A DNA stretch of 64,000 nucleotides, from positions 11,979,398 through 12,043,397 of the forward strand of contig CM082588.2 in assembly GCA_040954595.2 (NCBI GenBank), in the 5' to 3' direction. This stretch comes from Balanoglossus misakiensis (Eukaryota; Animalia; Hemichordata). Each line of letters opens with the position of its first letter. Position 1 is the first letter of the stretch. A program made the position numbers and the translations under genes. Below, one piece after another: positions 1 to 14,000 of the stretch. The notes beneath the pieces are model-generated. The model saw only the letters and a list, made by a program, of their open reading frames with translations, made no database searches and had not been told where the DNA came from.

Positions 1-1218
1 GACACAGTGTCGAATTCAATACCGAGAAAAACCATGCAAGTGGACGGCGCTACTGCTTTATCCTGCGCCTCCTAGACCAAGCTGTGATAAAAGTCTACCA
101 AGGGATTCAAAGGCTGCCATGGCTTTGTCTGGCGCCTCTGCACCCCCAAAATCATCTAAATAATTGATGCCAGCGTAACCATTCTGTCTAAATAAATACA
201 TAACTGCACTTGTGGTACGTTGGCAGGCTAATGCAGCAGAGCGAAGCCCGAAGGGAAAATCAAGATCAAAGAAGAATAAATGATGCCATGAAAAACCAAG
301 GAGATTATAATCTCGTGGGTCAATGAAAATTTGCCGATATGCTCGGTGTAAGTCTCTCTTGTATAACAGGCAACCGGGTCCTTTGTCCTGAATAATTTGT
401 GTGAAATGATCTAAAGATCGGTACGACAGTTTTATGTGATAACCATCATAAAAGTCTGAAGAGATTCCGTCATTGACGGTGTTTCGTTGGTGTTCCGGAA
501 AGCTGAGGTCCATGACTACGCGACGGCGTGGAGACTCCTTTTTGGGCACAGTTTGAAGTTGAGACACCACGAACCCGTGAGGAAATGGGCTGGTTGTGAA
601 AGGTCCGGCTGTGGCCCCAGCGGCGACTTCAGTGCTGATGAAGTGGTCCACATCGTTGGGAAACATCAAGGCCGAAGGGTGATTACGAATGTCGACGACC
701 GGTAACGTGTCACGGGTATAACCGATAGGCCAGCCAAAAGGGTGATAGTCACAAATGATATTGTCAGCATAATGTGCCAGCAGTGATCTCCATAAAGGCA
801 ACACTAATTTAGTCGGAACGGGATATTTGAGTCCTTGGTAGTTTGGTAACCCGGATGTAGAGACTTGTGCATGCAACACACAAATATTGGCTAAAGAAAA
901 TTCCGATGAGGGAGACGTGCTCGACTGAATGTTTAAATACCGCGATGTCAGAGGCGAAGCTGAAATCGGAGGAATTGTTACAATGTTTGAAGTGGACGAG
1001 GACGGTGGGTCATCGTTCGCTGTGTGAGACACAATGTCGGAGGATGCGGCTGTATGGCCTGAGATACATAAAGGGCGTGGTGTATGGGACCAGGGAGCCC
1101 GAATGTTAGCGTTGGACGGTAACCGAGCGCTAGAAAATTCTTCTGATGCAGAAGTGTACGGAATGTTCTGTGAGGAAGAGACGGAACACAATGTAGTCTC
1201 TGTGAACATGGGATTCAA
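1..1218 (-). pseudogene. Reverse transcriptase of the Ngaro/DIRS-like element, frameshifted near nt 72
   Basis: ORF 58..1218 has VPKKES-RRVVMDLSFP, KRDLHRAYRQ, PFGLRSA and YLDDF. After LGL the RT continues in a shifted frame from nt 71 downward as EAQDKAVAPSTCMVFLGIEFDTV. Confidence 0.85.
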
Positions 1219-2025
1219 CCCAACAACTGAAGTTAAGTCCGAATTAGATCTATTACTATTGGGGCTGTCATTCTTCTTGCTGGTGGCGAGGTGGCAATCT
1301 TTGCCGCTGTGAGATGTGGCTGTGTTGTTAATTTTGAAACAGCGATATCAGATGTGACGTCTAAAACACTTGTCGCCCCATTCGCATGTCTGGAAGTTGT
1401 ACTTGTAACAAATGTCGCTCTTCTTGTCGGCCTGTTTCTTGCCGCTATCAGTGCCTTGTTTGACAGATTTCAGGGTGTCGGGTGAGAGAAGTTCTTTTTC
1501 ATAACGGTCGAAGCAGTCTTGCCAACGTAGTTCTGCGCTTTGTATCTTTTCTAAGATGGTACCTTGGAAATTCAGTACGACTAACCAATCGTACTTATGA
1601 GCGAGTCTCATTAATTTCTGGAGATGCAGTAATCTGGGAGCGCGTTCCTCAGACGAGATGGGCAGGTAGACGGAGTTGATTATTTCTAATTCGCCTCTGA
1701 ATAGTTGTGCGATGGTTAAGTTGTCGAATTTGGGGACTTTTCCTCCTTTTTCGCGAGGTAGGCGCAAATGTGGCCATTTCACTTTGGATTCATCTGCGGA
1801 GCTGGGGGCTTGAGTGTCACGAAGGGACTTTCCTAGCTTACCTTGATTAGCGGCTGGGTTTTGACGAAGGATTTCCAGTGTTGGTGGACAGCCGTTGCCC
1901 GACGATAAACGGATCGATGGAGGCGGTTGCATGGGACTTGTGGTGGCATCCTGCACTCGGAGGGCGGCAAGTTCGTGTTCTAGTTCTGAGATGCGGGAGC
2001 GGGTCTGTAATACACGCTGCTCTCG
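1..2025 (-). mobile_element. Truncated, decayed Ngaro/DIRS-type retrotransposon (gag-like zinc-finger region plus RT), running off the left edge
   Basis: Minus-strand Cys/His finger (CYKYNFQTCEWGDKCFRRHI) followed by RT motifs in DIRS/Ngaro style. The gag frame is cut by satellite at ~2026. The tyrosine recombinase is not in the window, so the family call rests on RT and gag motifs. Confidence 0.8.
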
Positions 2026-2031
2026 TTCCAA
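1348..2031 (-). pseudogene. gag-like ORF1 of the Ngaro/DIRS-like element, 5'-truncated
   Basis: Coiled-coil-like start, central YDW..V..F...IL..I......W block, C-terminal Cys/His finger. The apparent TTG start lies in satellite sequence. The TGA at 1348-1350 falls at an expected Cys. Confidence 0.7.
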
Positions 2032-5000
2032 AACAAAGCCTTGAAACTATACATAAGTCTTTTTAGTAAAACGTATCCATTTATGTGACCATTCTTTGAA
2101 TTCCATTTATGATGTAAGAAATTAAATTATTTGCAATATTAATCTATTCCTTACAACATTCCAGCATAACTCTTTCCATATTTGTTTTCATTCTGTGACT
2201 GTTCCACTTAAATCTTGTAGAGAATTCGTTATTCCAAAACAAAGCCTTGAAACTATACATATCCTGTTACGTGACGTTTCTTTGAATTCCATTTATGATG
2301 TAAGAAATTAAATTATTTGCAATATTAATCTATCCCTTACAACATTCCGGCATAACGCTTTCCATATTTGTTTTTATTCTGTGACTGTTCCACTTAAATC
2401 TTGTAGAGAATTCGTTATGCCAAAACAAAGCCTTGAAACTATACATAAGTCTTTTTACTAAAACATGGCCCGTTATGTGACCATTCTTTGGATTCCATTT
2501 ATGATATAAGAAATTAAATTATTTGCAATATTAAACTATCCCTTACAACATTCCGGCATAACTCTTTCTATATTTGTTTTCATTCTGTGACTGTTCCACT
2601 TAAATCTTGTAGAGAATTCGTTATTCCAAAACAAAGCCTTGAAACTATACATAAGTCTTTTTAGTAAAACATGGCCCGTTATGTGACCATTCTTTGAATT
2701 CCATTTATGATGTAAGAAATTAAATTATTTGCAATATTAATCTATCCCTTACAACATTCCGGCATAACGCTTTCCATATTTGTTTTTATTCTGTGACTGT
2801 TCCACTTTAATCTTGTAGAGAATTCGTTATTCCAAAACAAAGCCTTGAAACTATACATAAGTCTTTTGAGTAAAACATGGCCCGTTATGTGACCATTCTT
2901 TGAATTCCATTTATGATGTAAGAAATTAAATTATTTGCAATATTAATCTATCCATTACAACATTCCGGCATAACGCTTTCCAAATGTGTTTTCATTCTGT
3001 GACTGTTCCACTTAAATCTTGTAGAGAATTCGTTATTCCAAAACAAAGCCTTGAAACTATACATAAGTCTTTTTAGTAAAACATGGCCCGTTATGTGACC
3101 ATTCTTTGAATTCCATTTATGATGTAAGAAATTAAATTATTTGCAATATTAATCTATCCCTTACAACATTCCGGCATAACGCTTTCCATATTTGTTTTTA
3201 TTCTGTGACTGTTCCACTTAAATCTTGTAGAGAATTCGTTATGCCAAAACAAAGCCTTGAAACTATACATAAGTCTTTTTACTAAAACATGGCCTGTTAT
3301 GTGAGTGACTGTTCCACTTAAATCTTGTAGAGAATTCGTTATTCCAAAACAAAGCCTTGAAACTATACATAAGTCTTTTAGTAAAATATATCCATTTATG
3401 TGACCATTCTTTGAATTCCATTTATGATGTAAGAAATTAAATTATTTGCAATATTAATCTATCCCTTACAACATTCCAGCATAACTCTTTCCATATTTGT
3501 TTTCATTCTGTGACTGTTCCACTTAAATCTTGGAGAGAATTCGTTATTCCAAAACAAAGCCTTGAAACTATACATATCCTGTTACATGACCTTTCTTTGA
3601 ATTCCATTTATGATGTAAGAAATTAAATTGTTTGCAATATTAATCTATCCCTTACAACATTCCGGCATAACTCTTTCCATATTTGTTTTCATTATGTGAC
3701 TGTTCCACTTAAATCTTGTAGAGAATTCGTTATGCCAAAACAAAGCCTTGAAACTATACATATCGTGTTACGTGACGTTTCTTTGAATTCCATTTATGAT
3801 GTAAGAAATTAAATTATTTGCAATATTAATCTATCCCTTACAACATTCCGGCATAACGCTTTCCATATTTGTTTTTATTCTTTGACTGTTCCACTTAAAT
3901 CTTGTAGAGAATTCGTTATTCCAAAACAAAGCCTTGAAACTATACATAAGTCTTTTTAGTAAAACATGGCCCGTTATGTGACCATTCTTTGAATTCCATT
4001 TATGATGTAAGAAATTAAATTATTTGCAATATTAATCTATCCATTACAACATTCCGGCATAACGCTTTCCAAATGTGTTTTCATTCTGTGACTGTTCCAC
4101 TTAAATCTTGTAGAGAATTCGTTATTCCAAAACAAAGCCTTCAAACTATACATAAGTCTTTTTAGTAAAACATGGCCTGTTATGTGACCATTCTTTGAAT
4201 TACATTTATGATGTAAGAAATTAAATTATTTGCAATATTAATCTATCCCTTACAACATTCCGGCATAACGCTTTCCATATTTCTTTTCATTATGTGACTG
4301 TTCCACTTAAATCTTGTAGAGAATTCGTTATTCCAAAACAAAGCCTTGAAACTATACATAAGTCTTTTTACTAAAACATGGCCTGTTATGTGAGTGACTG
4401 TTCCACTTAAATCTTGTAGGGAATTCGTTATTCCAAAACAAAGCCTTGAAACTATACATAAGTCTTTTTAGTAAAATATATCCATTTATGTGACCATTCT
4501 TTGAATTCCATTTATGATGTAAGAAATTAAATTATTTGCAATATTAATCTATCCCTTACAACATTCCAGCATAACTCTTTCCATATTTGTTTTCATTCTG
4601 TGACTGTTCCACTTAAATCTTGGAGAGAATTCGTTATTCCAAAACAAAGCCTTGAAACTATACATATCCTGTTACATGACCTTTCTTTGAATTCCATTTA
4701 TGATGTAAGAAATTAATTTTTTTGCAATATTAATCTATCCTATACAACATTCCGGCATAACTCTTTCCATATTTGTTTTCATTCTGTGACTGTTCCACTT
4801 AAATCTTGTAGAGAATTCGTTATGCCAAAACAAAGCCTTGAAACTATACATATCCTGTTACGTGACGTTTCTTTGAATTCCATTTATGATGTAAGAAATT
4901 AAATTATTTGCAATATTAATCTATCCCTTACAACATTCCGGCATAACGCTTTCCATATTTGTTTTTATTCTGTGACTGTTCCACTTAAATCTTGTAGAGA

Positions 5001-8000
5001 ATTCGTTATTCCAAAACAAAGCCTTGAAACTATACTTAAGTCTTTTTTGTAAAACATGGCCCGTTATGTGACCATTCTTTGAATTCCATTTATGATGTAA
5101 GAAATTAAATTATTTGCAATATTAATCTATCCCTTACAACATTCCGGCATAACGCTTTCCATATTTGTTTTTATTCTGTGACTGTTCCACTAAAATCTTG
5201 TAGAGAATTCGTTATTCCAAAACAAAGCCTTGAAACTATACATAAGTGTTTTTACTAAAACATGGCCCGTTATGTGACCATTCTTTGAATTCCATTTATG
5301 ATATAAGAAATTAAATTATTTGCAATATTAATCTATCCCTTACAACATTCCGGCATAACTCTTTCTATATTTGTTTTCATTCTGTAACTGTTCCACTTAA
5401 ATCTTGTAGAGAATTCGTTATTCCAAAACAAAGCCTTGAAACTATACATAAGTCTTTTTAGTAAAACATGGCCCGTTATGTGACCATTCTTTGAATTCCA
5501 TTTATGATGTAAGAAATTAAATTATTTGCAATATTAATCTATCCCTTACAACATTCCGGCATAACTCTTTCTATATTTGTTTTCATTCTGTGACTGTTCC
5601 ACTTAAATCTTGTAGAGAATTCGTTATACCAAAACAAAGCCTTCAAACTATACATATTAAGTCTTTTTAGTAAAACATGGCCCGTTATTTGACCATTCAT
5701 TGAATTTCATTTATGATGTAAGAAACTAAATTATTTGCAATATTATACTATCCCTTACAACATTCCAGCATAACTATTTGAATATTTGTTTTCATTCTAT
5801 AACTGTTCCACTTAAATCTTGGAGAGAATTCGTTATTCCAAAACAAAGCCTTGAAACTATATATAAGTCTTTTTAGTAAAACATGGCCCGTGATTTGACC
5901 ATTCTTTGAATTTCATTTATGATGTAAGAAATTAAATTATTTGCAATATTAATCTATCCCTTACAACATTCCGGCATAATTCTTTGTATATTTGTTTTCA
6001 TTCTGTGACTGTTCCACTTAAATCTTGTAGAGAATTTGGTATTTCAACACAAAATCTCTGAACCTATACATAAGTCTTTTTAGTAAAACATATCCAGTTA
6101 TTTGACCATTCTTTGAATTCCATTTATGATGTAAGAAATTAAATTATTTGCAATATTAATCTATCCCTTACAACATTCCAGCATAACTCTTTCCATATTT
6201 GTTTTCATTCTGTGACTGTTCCACTTAAATCTTGTAGAGAATTCGTTATTCCAAAACAAAGCCTTGAAACTATACATATCCTGTTACGTGACGTTTCTTT
6301 GAATTCCATTTATGATGTAAGAAATTAAATTATTTGCAATATTAATCTATCCCTTACAACATTCCGGCATAACGCTTTCCATATTTGTTTTTATTCTGTG
6401 ACTGTTCCACTTAAATCTTGTAGAGAATTCGTTATTCCAAAACAAAGCCTTGAAACTATACATAAGTCTTTTTTGTAAAACATGGCCCGTTATGTGACCA
6501 TTCTTTGAATTCCATTTATGATGTAAGAAATTAAATTATTTGCAATATTAATCTATCCCTTACAACATTCCGGCATAACGCTTTCCATATTTGTTTTTAT
6601 TCTGTGACTGTTCCACTAAAATCTTGTAGAGAATTCGTTATTCCAAAACAAAGCCTTGAAACTATACATAAGTCTTTTTACTAAAACATGGCCCGTTATG
6701 TGACCATTCTTTGAATTCCATTTATGATATAAGAAATTAAATTATTTGCAATATTAATCTATCCCTTACAACATTCCGGCATAACTCTTTCTATATTTCT
6801 TTTCATTCTGTGACTGTTCCACTTAAATCTTGTAGAGAATTCGTTATTCCAAAACAAAGCCTTCAAACTATACATAAGTCTTTTTAGTAAAACATATCCA
6901 TTTATGTGACCATTCTTTGAATTCTATTTATGATGTAAGAAATTAAATTATTTGCAATATTAATCTATCCCTTACAACATTCCAGCATAACTCTTTCTAT
7001 ATTTGTTTTCATTCTGTGACTGTTCCACTTAAATCTTGGAGAGAATTCGTTATTCCAAAACAAAGCCTTGAAACTATACATATCCTGTTACGTGACCTTT
7101 CTTTGAATTCCATTTATGATGTAAGAAATTAAATTTTTTGCAATATTAATCTATCCCTTACAACATTCCAGCATAACTCTTTCCATATTTGTTTTCATTC
7201 TGTGATTGTTCCACTTAAATCTTGTAGAGAATTCGTTATTCCAAAACAAAGCCTTGAAACTATACATATCCTGTTACGTGACGTTTCTTTGAATTCCATT
7301 TATGATGTAAGAAATTAAATTATTTGCAATATTAATCTATCCCTTACAACATTCCGGCATAACGCTTTCCATATTTGTTTTCATTCTGTAACTGTTCCAC
7401 TTAAATCTTGTAGAGAATTCGTTATTCCAAAACAAAGCCTTGAAACTATACATATGTCTTTTTTGTAAAACATGGCCCGTTATGTGACCATTCTTTGAAT
7501 TCCATTTATGATATAAGAAATTAAATTATTTGCAATATTAATCTATCCCTTACAACATTCCGGCATAACTCTTTCTATATTTGTTTTCATTCTGTGACTG
7601 TTCCACTTAAATCTTGTAGAGAATTCGTTATTCCAAAACAAAGCCTTGAAACTATACATAAGTCTTTTTAGTAAAACATGGCCCGTTATGTGACCATTCT
7701 TTGAATTCCATTTATGATGTAAGAAATTAAATTATTTGCAATATTAATCTATCCCTTACAACATTCCGGCATAACGCTTTCCAAATGTGTTTTCATTCTG
7801 TGACTGTTCCACTTAAATCTTGTAGAGAATTCGTTATTCCAAAACAAAGCCTTCAAACTATACATAAGTCTTTTTGTAACATATCCATTTATGTGACCAT
7901 TCTTTGAATTCTATTTATGATGTAAGAAATAAAATTATTTGCAATATTAATCTATCCCTTACAACATTCCGGCATAACGCTTTCCAAATGTGTTTTCATT

Positions 8001-11000
8001 CTGTGACTGTTCCACTTAAATCTTGTAGAGAATTCGTTATTCCAAAACAAAGCCTTCAAACTATACATAAGTCTTTTTAGTAAAACATATCCATTTATGT
8101 GACCATTCTTTGAATTCTATTTATGATGTAAGAAATTAAATTATTTGCAATATTAATCTATCCCTTACAACATTCCAGCATAACTCTTTCTATATTTGTT
8201 TTCATTCTGTGACTGTTCCACTTAAATCTTGGAGAGAATTCGTTATTCCAAAACAAAGCCTTGAAACTATACATATCCTGTTACATGACCTTTCTTTGAA
8301 TTCCATTTATGATGTAAGAAATTAAATTTTTTGCAATATTAATCTATCCCTTACAACATTCCAGCATAACTCTTTCCATATTTGTTTTCATTCTGTGATT
8401 GTTCCACTTAAATCTTGTAGAGAATTCGTTATTCCAAAACAAAGCCTTGAAACTATACATATCCTGTTATTTGACCATTCTTTGAATTCCATTTATGATG
8501 TAAGAAATTAAATTATTTGCAATATTAATCTATCCCTTACAACATTCCAGCATAACTATTTCAATATTTGTTTTCATTCTGTAACTGTTCCACTTAAATC
8601 TTGTAGAGAATTCGTTATTCCAAAACAAAGCCTTGAAACTATACATATGTCTTTTTTGTAAAACATGGCCCGTTATGTGACCATTCTTTGAATTCCATTT
8701 ATGATGTAAGAAATTAAATTATTTGCAATATTAATCTATCCCTTACAACATTCCGGCATAACGCTTTCTATATTTGTTTTCATTCTGTGACTGTTACACT
8801 TAAATCTTGTAGAGAATTCGTTATTCCAAAACAAAGCCTTCAAACTATACATATTAAGTCTTTTTAGTAAAACATGGCCCGTTATGTGACCATTCTTTGA
8901 ATTCCATTTATGATGTAAGAAATTAAATTATTTGCAATATTAATCTATCCCTTACAACATTCCGGCATAACGCTTTCCATATTTGTTTTTATTCTGTGAC
9001 TGTTCCACTTAAATCTTGTAGAGAATTCGTTATTCCAAAACAAAGCCTTGAAACTATACATAAGTCTTTTTACTAAAGCATGGCCCAATATGTGACCATT
9101 CTTTGAATTCCATTTATGATATAAGAAATTAAATTATTTGCAATATTAATCTATCCCTTACAACATTCCGGCATAACTCTTTCTATATTTGTTTTCATTC
9201 TGTGACTGTTCCACTTAAATCTTGTAGAGAATTCGTTATTCCAAAACAAAGCCTTGAAACTATACATAAGTCTTTTTAGTAAAACATGGCCCGTTATGTG
9301 ACCATTCTTTGAATTCCATTTATGATGTAAGAAATTAAATTATTTGCAATATCAATCTATCCCTTACAACATTCCTGCATAACGCTTTCCAAATGTGTTT
9401 TCATTCTGTGACTGTTCCACTTAAATCTTGTAGAGAATTCGTTATTCCAAAACAAAGCCTTCAAACTATACATATTAAGTCTTTTTAGTAAAACATGGCC
9501 TGTTATTTGACCATTCATTGAATTTCATTTATGATGTAAGAAACTAAATTATTTGCAATATTATACTATCCCTTACAACATTCCAGCATAACTCTTTCCA
9601 TATTTGTTTTCATTCTGTGACTGTTGCACTTAAATCTTGTAGAGAATTTTTTTATTCCAAAACAAAGCCTTGAAACTATACATACGTCTTTTTAGTAAAA
9701 CATGGCCCGTTATTTGACCATTCTTTGAATTTCATTGATGATGTAAGAAATTAAATTATTTGCAATAGTAAAATATCCCTTACAACATTCCGACATAACT
9801 CTTTCCATATTTGTTTTCATTCTGTGACTGTTCCACTTAAATCTTGGAGAGAATTCGTTATTCCAAAACAAAGCCTTGAAACTATACATATCCTGTTACG
9901 TGACCTTTCTTTGAATTCCATTTATGATGTAAGAAATTAAATTTTTTGCAATATTAATCTATCCCTTACAACATTCCAGCATAACTCTTTCCATATTTGT
10001 TTTCATTCTGTGATTGTTCCACTTAAATCTTGTAGAGAATTCGTTATTCCAAAACAAAGCCTTGAAACTATACATATCCTGTTACGTGACGTTTCTTTGA
10101 ATTCCATTTATGATGTAAGAAATTAAATTATTTGCAATATTAATCTATCCCTTACAACATTCCGGCATAACGCTTTCCATATTTGTTTTCATTCTGTAAC
10201 TGTTCCACTTAAATCTTGTAGAGAATTCGTTATTCCAAAACAAAGCCTTGAAACTATACATATGTCTTCTTTGTAAAACATGGCCCGTTATGTGACCATT
10301 CTTTGAATTCCATTTATGATATAAGAAATTAAATTATTTGCAATATTAATCTATCCCTTACAACATTCCGGCATAACTCTTTCTATATTTGTTTTCATTC
10401 TGTGACTGTTCCACTTAAATCTTGTAGAGAATTCGTTATTCCAAAACAAAGCCTTGAAACTATACATAAGTCTTTTTAGTAAAACATGGCCCGTTATGTG
10501 ACCATTCTTTGAATTCCATTTATGATGTAAGAAATTAAATTATTTGCAATATTAATCTATCCCTCACAACATTCCGGCATAACGCTTTCCAAATGTGTTT
10601 TCATTCTGTGACTGTTCCAATTAAATCTTATAGAGAATTCGTTATTCCAAAACAAAGCCTTCAAACTATACATAAGACTTTTTAGTAAAACATATCCATT
10701 TATGTGACCATTCTTTGAATTCTATTTATGATGTAAGAAATTAAATTATTTGCAATATTAATCTATCCCTTACAACATTCTGGCATAACGCTTTCCAAAT
10801 GTGTTTTCATTCTGTGACTGTTCCACTTAAATCTTGTAGAGAATTCGTTATTCCAAAACAAAGCCTTCAAACTATACATAAGTCTTTTTAGTAAAACATA
10901 TCCATTTATGTGACCATTCTTTGAATTCTATTTATGATGTAAGAAATTAAATTATTTGCAATATTAATCTATCCCTTACAACATTCCAGCATAACTCTTT

Positions 11001-14000
11001 CTATATTTGTTTTCATTCTGTGACTGTTCCACTTAAATCTTGGAGAGAATTCGTTATTCCAAAACAAAGCCTTGAAACTATACATATCCTGTTACATGAC
11101 CTTTCTTTGAATTCCATTTATGATGTAAGAAATTAAATTTTTTGCAATATTAATCTATCCCTTACAACATTCCAGCATAACTCTTTCCATATTTGTTTTC
11201 ATTCTGTGATTGTTCCACTTAAATCTTGTAGAGAATTCGTTATTCCAAAACAAAGCCTTGAAACTATACATATCCTGTTACGTGACGTTTCTTTGAATTC
11301 CATTTATGATGTAAGAAATTAAATTATTTGCAATATTAATCTATCCCTTACAACATTCCAGCATAACTATTTCAATATTTGTTTTCATTCTGTAACTGTT
11401 CCACTTAAATCTTGTAGAGAATTCGTTATTCCAAAACAAAGCCTTGAAACTATACATATGTCTTTTTTGTAAAACATGGCCCGTTATGTGACCATTCTTT
11501 GAATTCCATTTATGATGTAAGAAATTAAATTATTTGCAATATTAATCTATCCCTTACAACATTCCGGCATAACGCTTTCTATATTTGTTTTCATTCTGTG
11601 ACTGTTACACTTAAATCTTGTAGAGAATTCGTTATTCCAAAACAAAGCCTTCAAACTATACATATTAAGTCTTTTTAGTAAAACATGGCCCGTTATGTGA
11701 CCATTCTTTGAATTCCATTTATGATGTAAGAAATTAAATTATTTGCAATATTAATCTATCCCTTACAACATTCCGGCATAACGCTTTCCATATTTGTTTT
11801 TATTCTGTGACTGTTCCACTTAAATCTTGTAGAGAATTCGTTATTCCAAAACAAAGCCTTGAAACCATACATAAGTCTTTTTACTAAAGCATGGCCCAAT
11901 ATGTGACCATTCTTTGAATTCCATTTATGATATAAGAAATTAAATTATTTGCAATATTAATCTATCCCTTACAACATTCCGGCATAACTCTTTCTATATT
12001 TGTTTTCATTCTGTGACTGTTCCACTTAAATCTTGTAGAGAATTCGTTATTCCAAAACAAAGCCTTGAAACTATACATAAGTCTTTTTAGTAAAACATGG
12101 CCCGTTATGTGACCATTCTTTGAATTCCATTTATGATGTAAGAAATTAAATTATTTGCAATATCAATCTATCCCTTACAACATTCCTGCATAACGCTTTC
12201 CAAATGTGTTTTCATTCTGTGACTGTTCCACTTAAATCTTGTAGAGAATTCGTTATTCCAAAACAAAGCCTTCAAACTATACATATTAAGTCTTTTTAGT
12301 AAAACATGGCCCGTTATTTGACCATTCATTGAATTTCATTTATGATGTAAGAAACTAAATTATTTGCAATATTATACTATCCCTTACAACATTCCAGCAT
12401 AACTCTTTCCATATTTGTTTTCATTCTGTGACTGTTGCACTTAAATCTTGTAGAGAATTTTTTTATTCCAAAACAAAGCCTTGAAACTATACATACGTCT
12501 TTTTAGTAAAACATGGCCCGTTATTTGACCATTCTTTGAATTTCATTGATGATGTAAGAAATTAAATTATTTGCAATAGTAAAATATCCCTTACAACATT
12601 CCGACATAACTCTTTCCATATTTGTTTTCATTCTGTGACTGTTCCACTTAAATCTTGTAGAGAATTCGTTATTCCAAAACAAAGCCTTGAAACTATACAT
12701 ATCCTGTTACGTGACGTTTCTTTGAATTCCATTTATGATGTAAGAAATTAAATTTTTTGCAATATTAATCTATCCCTTACAACATTCCGGCATAACGCTT
12801 TCCATATTTGTTTTTATTCTGTGACTGTTCCACTTAAATCTTGTAGAGAATTCGTTATTCCAAAACAAAGCCTTGAAACTATACATAAGTCTTTTTTGTA
12901 AAACATGGCCCGTTATGTGACCATTCTTTGAATTCCATTTATGATGTAAGAAATTAAATTATTTGCAATATTAATCTATCCCTTACAACATTCCGGCATA
13001 ACGCTGTCCATATTTGTTTTTATTCTGTGACTGTTCCACTAAAATCTTGTAGAGAATTCGTTATTCCAAAACAAAGCCTTGAAACTATACATAAGTCTTT
13101 TTACTAAAACATGGCCCGTTATGTGACCATTCTTTGAATTCCATTTATGATGTAAGAAATTAAATTATTTGCAATATTAATCTATCCCTTACAACATTCC
13201 AGCATAACTATTTCAATATTTGTTTTCATTCTGTAACTGTTCCACTTAAATCTTGTAGAGAATTCGTTATTCCAAAACAAAGCCTTGAAACTATACATAA
13301 GTCTTTTTTGTAAAACATGGCCAGTTATGTGACCATTCTTTGAATTCCATTTATGATGTAAGAAATTAAATTATTTGCAATATTAATCTATCCCTTACAA
13401 CATTCCGGCATAACGCTTTCTATATTTGTTTTCATTCTGTGACTGTTACACTTAAATCTTGTAGAGAATTCGTTATTCCAAAACAAAGCCTTCAAACTAT
13501 ACATAAGTCTTTTTAGTAAAACATATCCATTTATGTGACCATTCTTTGAATTCCATTCATGATGTAAGAAATTAAATTATTTGCAATATTAATCTATCCC
13601 TTACAACATTCCAGCATAACTCTTTCTATATTTGTTTTCATTCTGTGACTGTTCCACTTAAATCTTGGAGAGAATTCGTTATTCCAAAACAAAGCCTTGA
13701 AACTATACATATCCTGTTACGTGACCTTTCTTTGAATTCCATTTATGATGTAAGAAATTTAATTTTTTGCAATATTAATCTATCCCTTACAACATTCCAG
13801 CATAACTCTTTCCATATTTGTTTTCATTCTGTGATTGTTCCACTTAAATCTTGTAGAGAATTCGTTATTCCAAAACAAAGCCTTGAAACTATACATATCC
13901 TGTTACGTGACGTTTCTTTGAATTCCATTTATGATGTAAGAAATTAAATTATTTGCAATATTAATCTATCCCTTACAACATTCCAGCATAACTATTTCAA

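Noticed and set aside
1348-1350. Selenocysteine at the in-frame TGA
   Set aside because: No SECIS evidence visible, and the copy has other lesions; a nonsense mutation is simpler.
487-2066. Plus-strand ORFs over the DIRS-like element as the tyrosine recombinase
   Set aside because: Short, with no R-H-R-Y catalytic motifs; antisense shadows.
2221-2245. CENP-B box at ATTCGTTATTCC
   Set aside because: Only TTCG matches; the required A and CGGG positions are missing.
2101-2300. Hammerhead ribozyme in the satellite monomer
   Set aside because: No CUGANGA core seen on either strand of the consensus.
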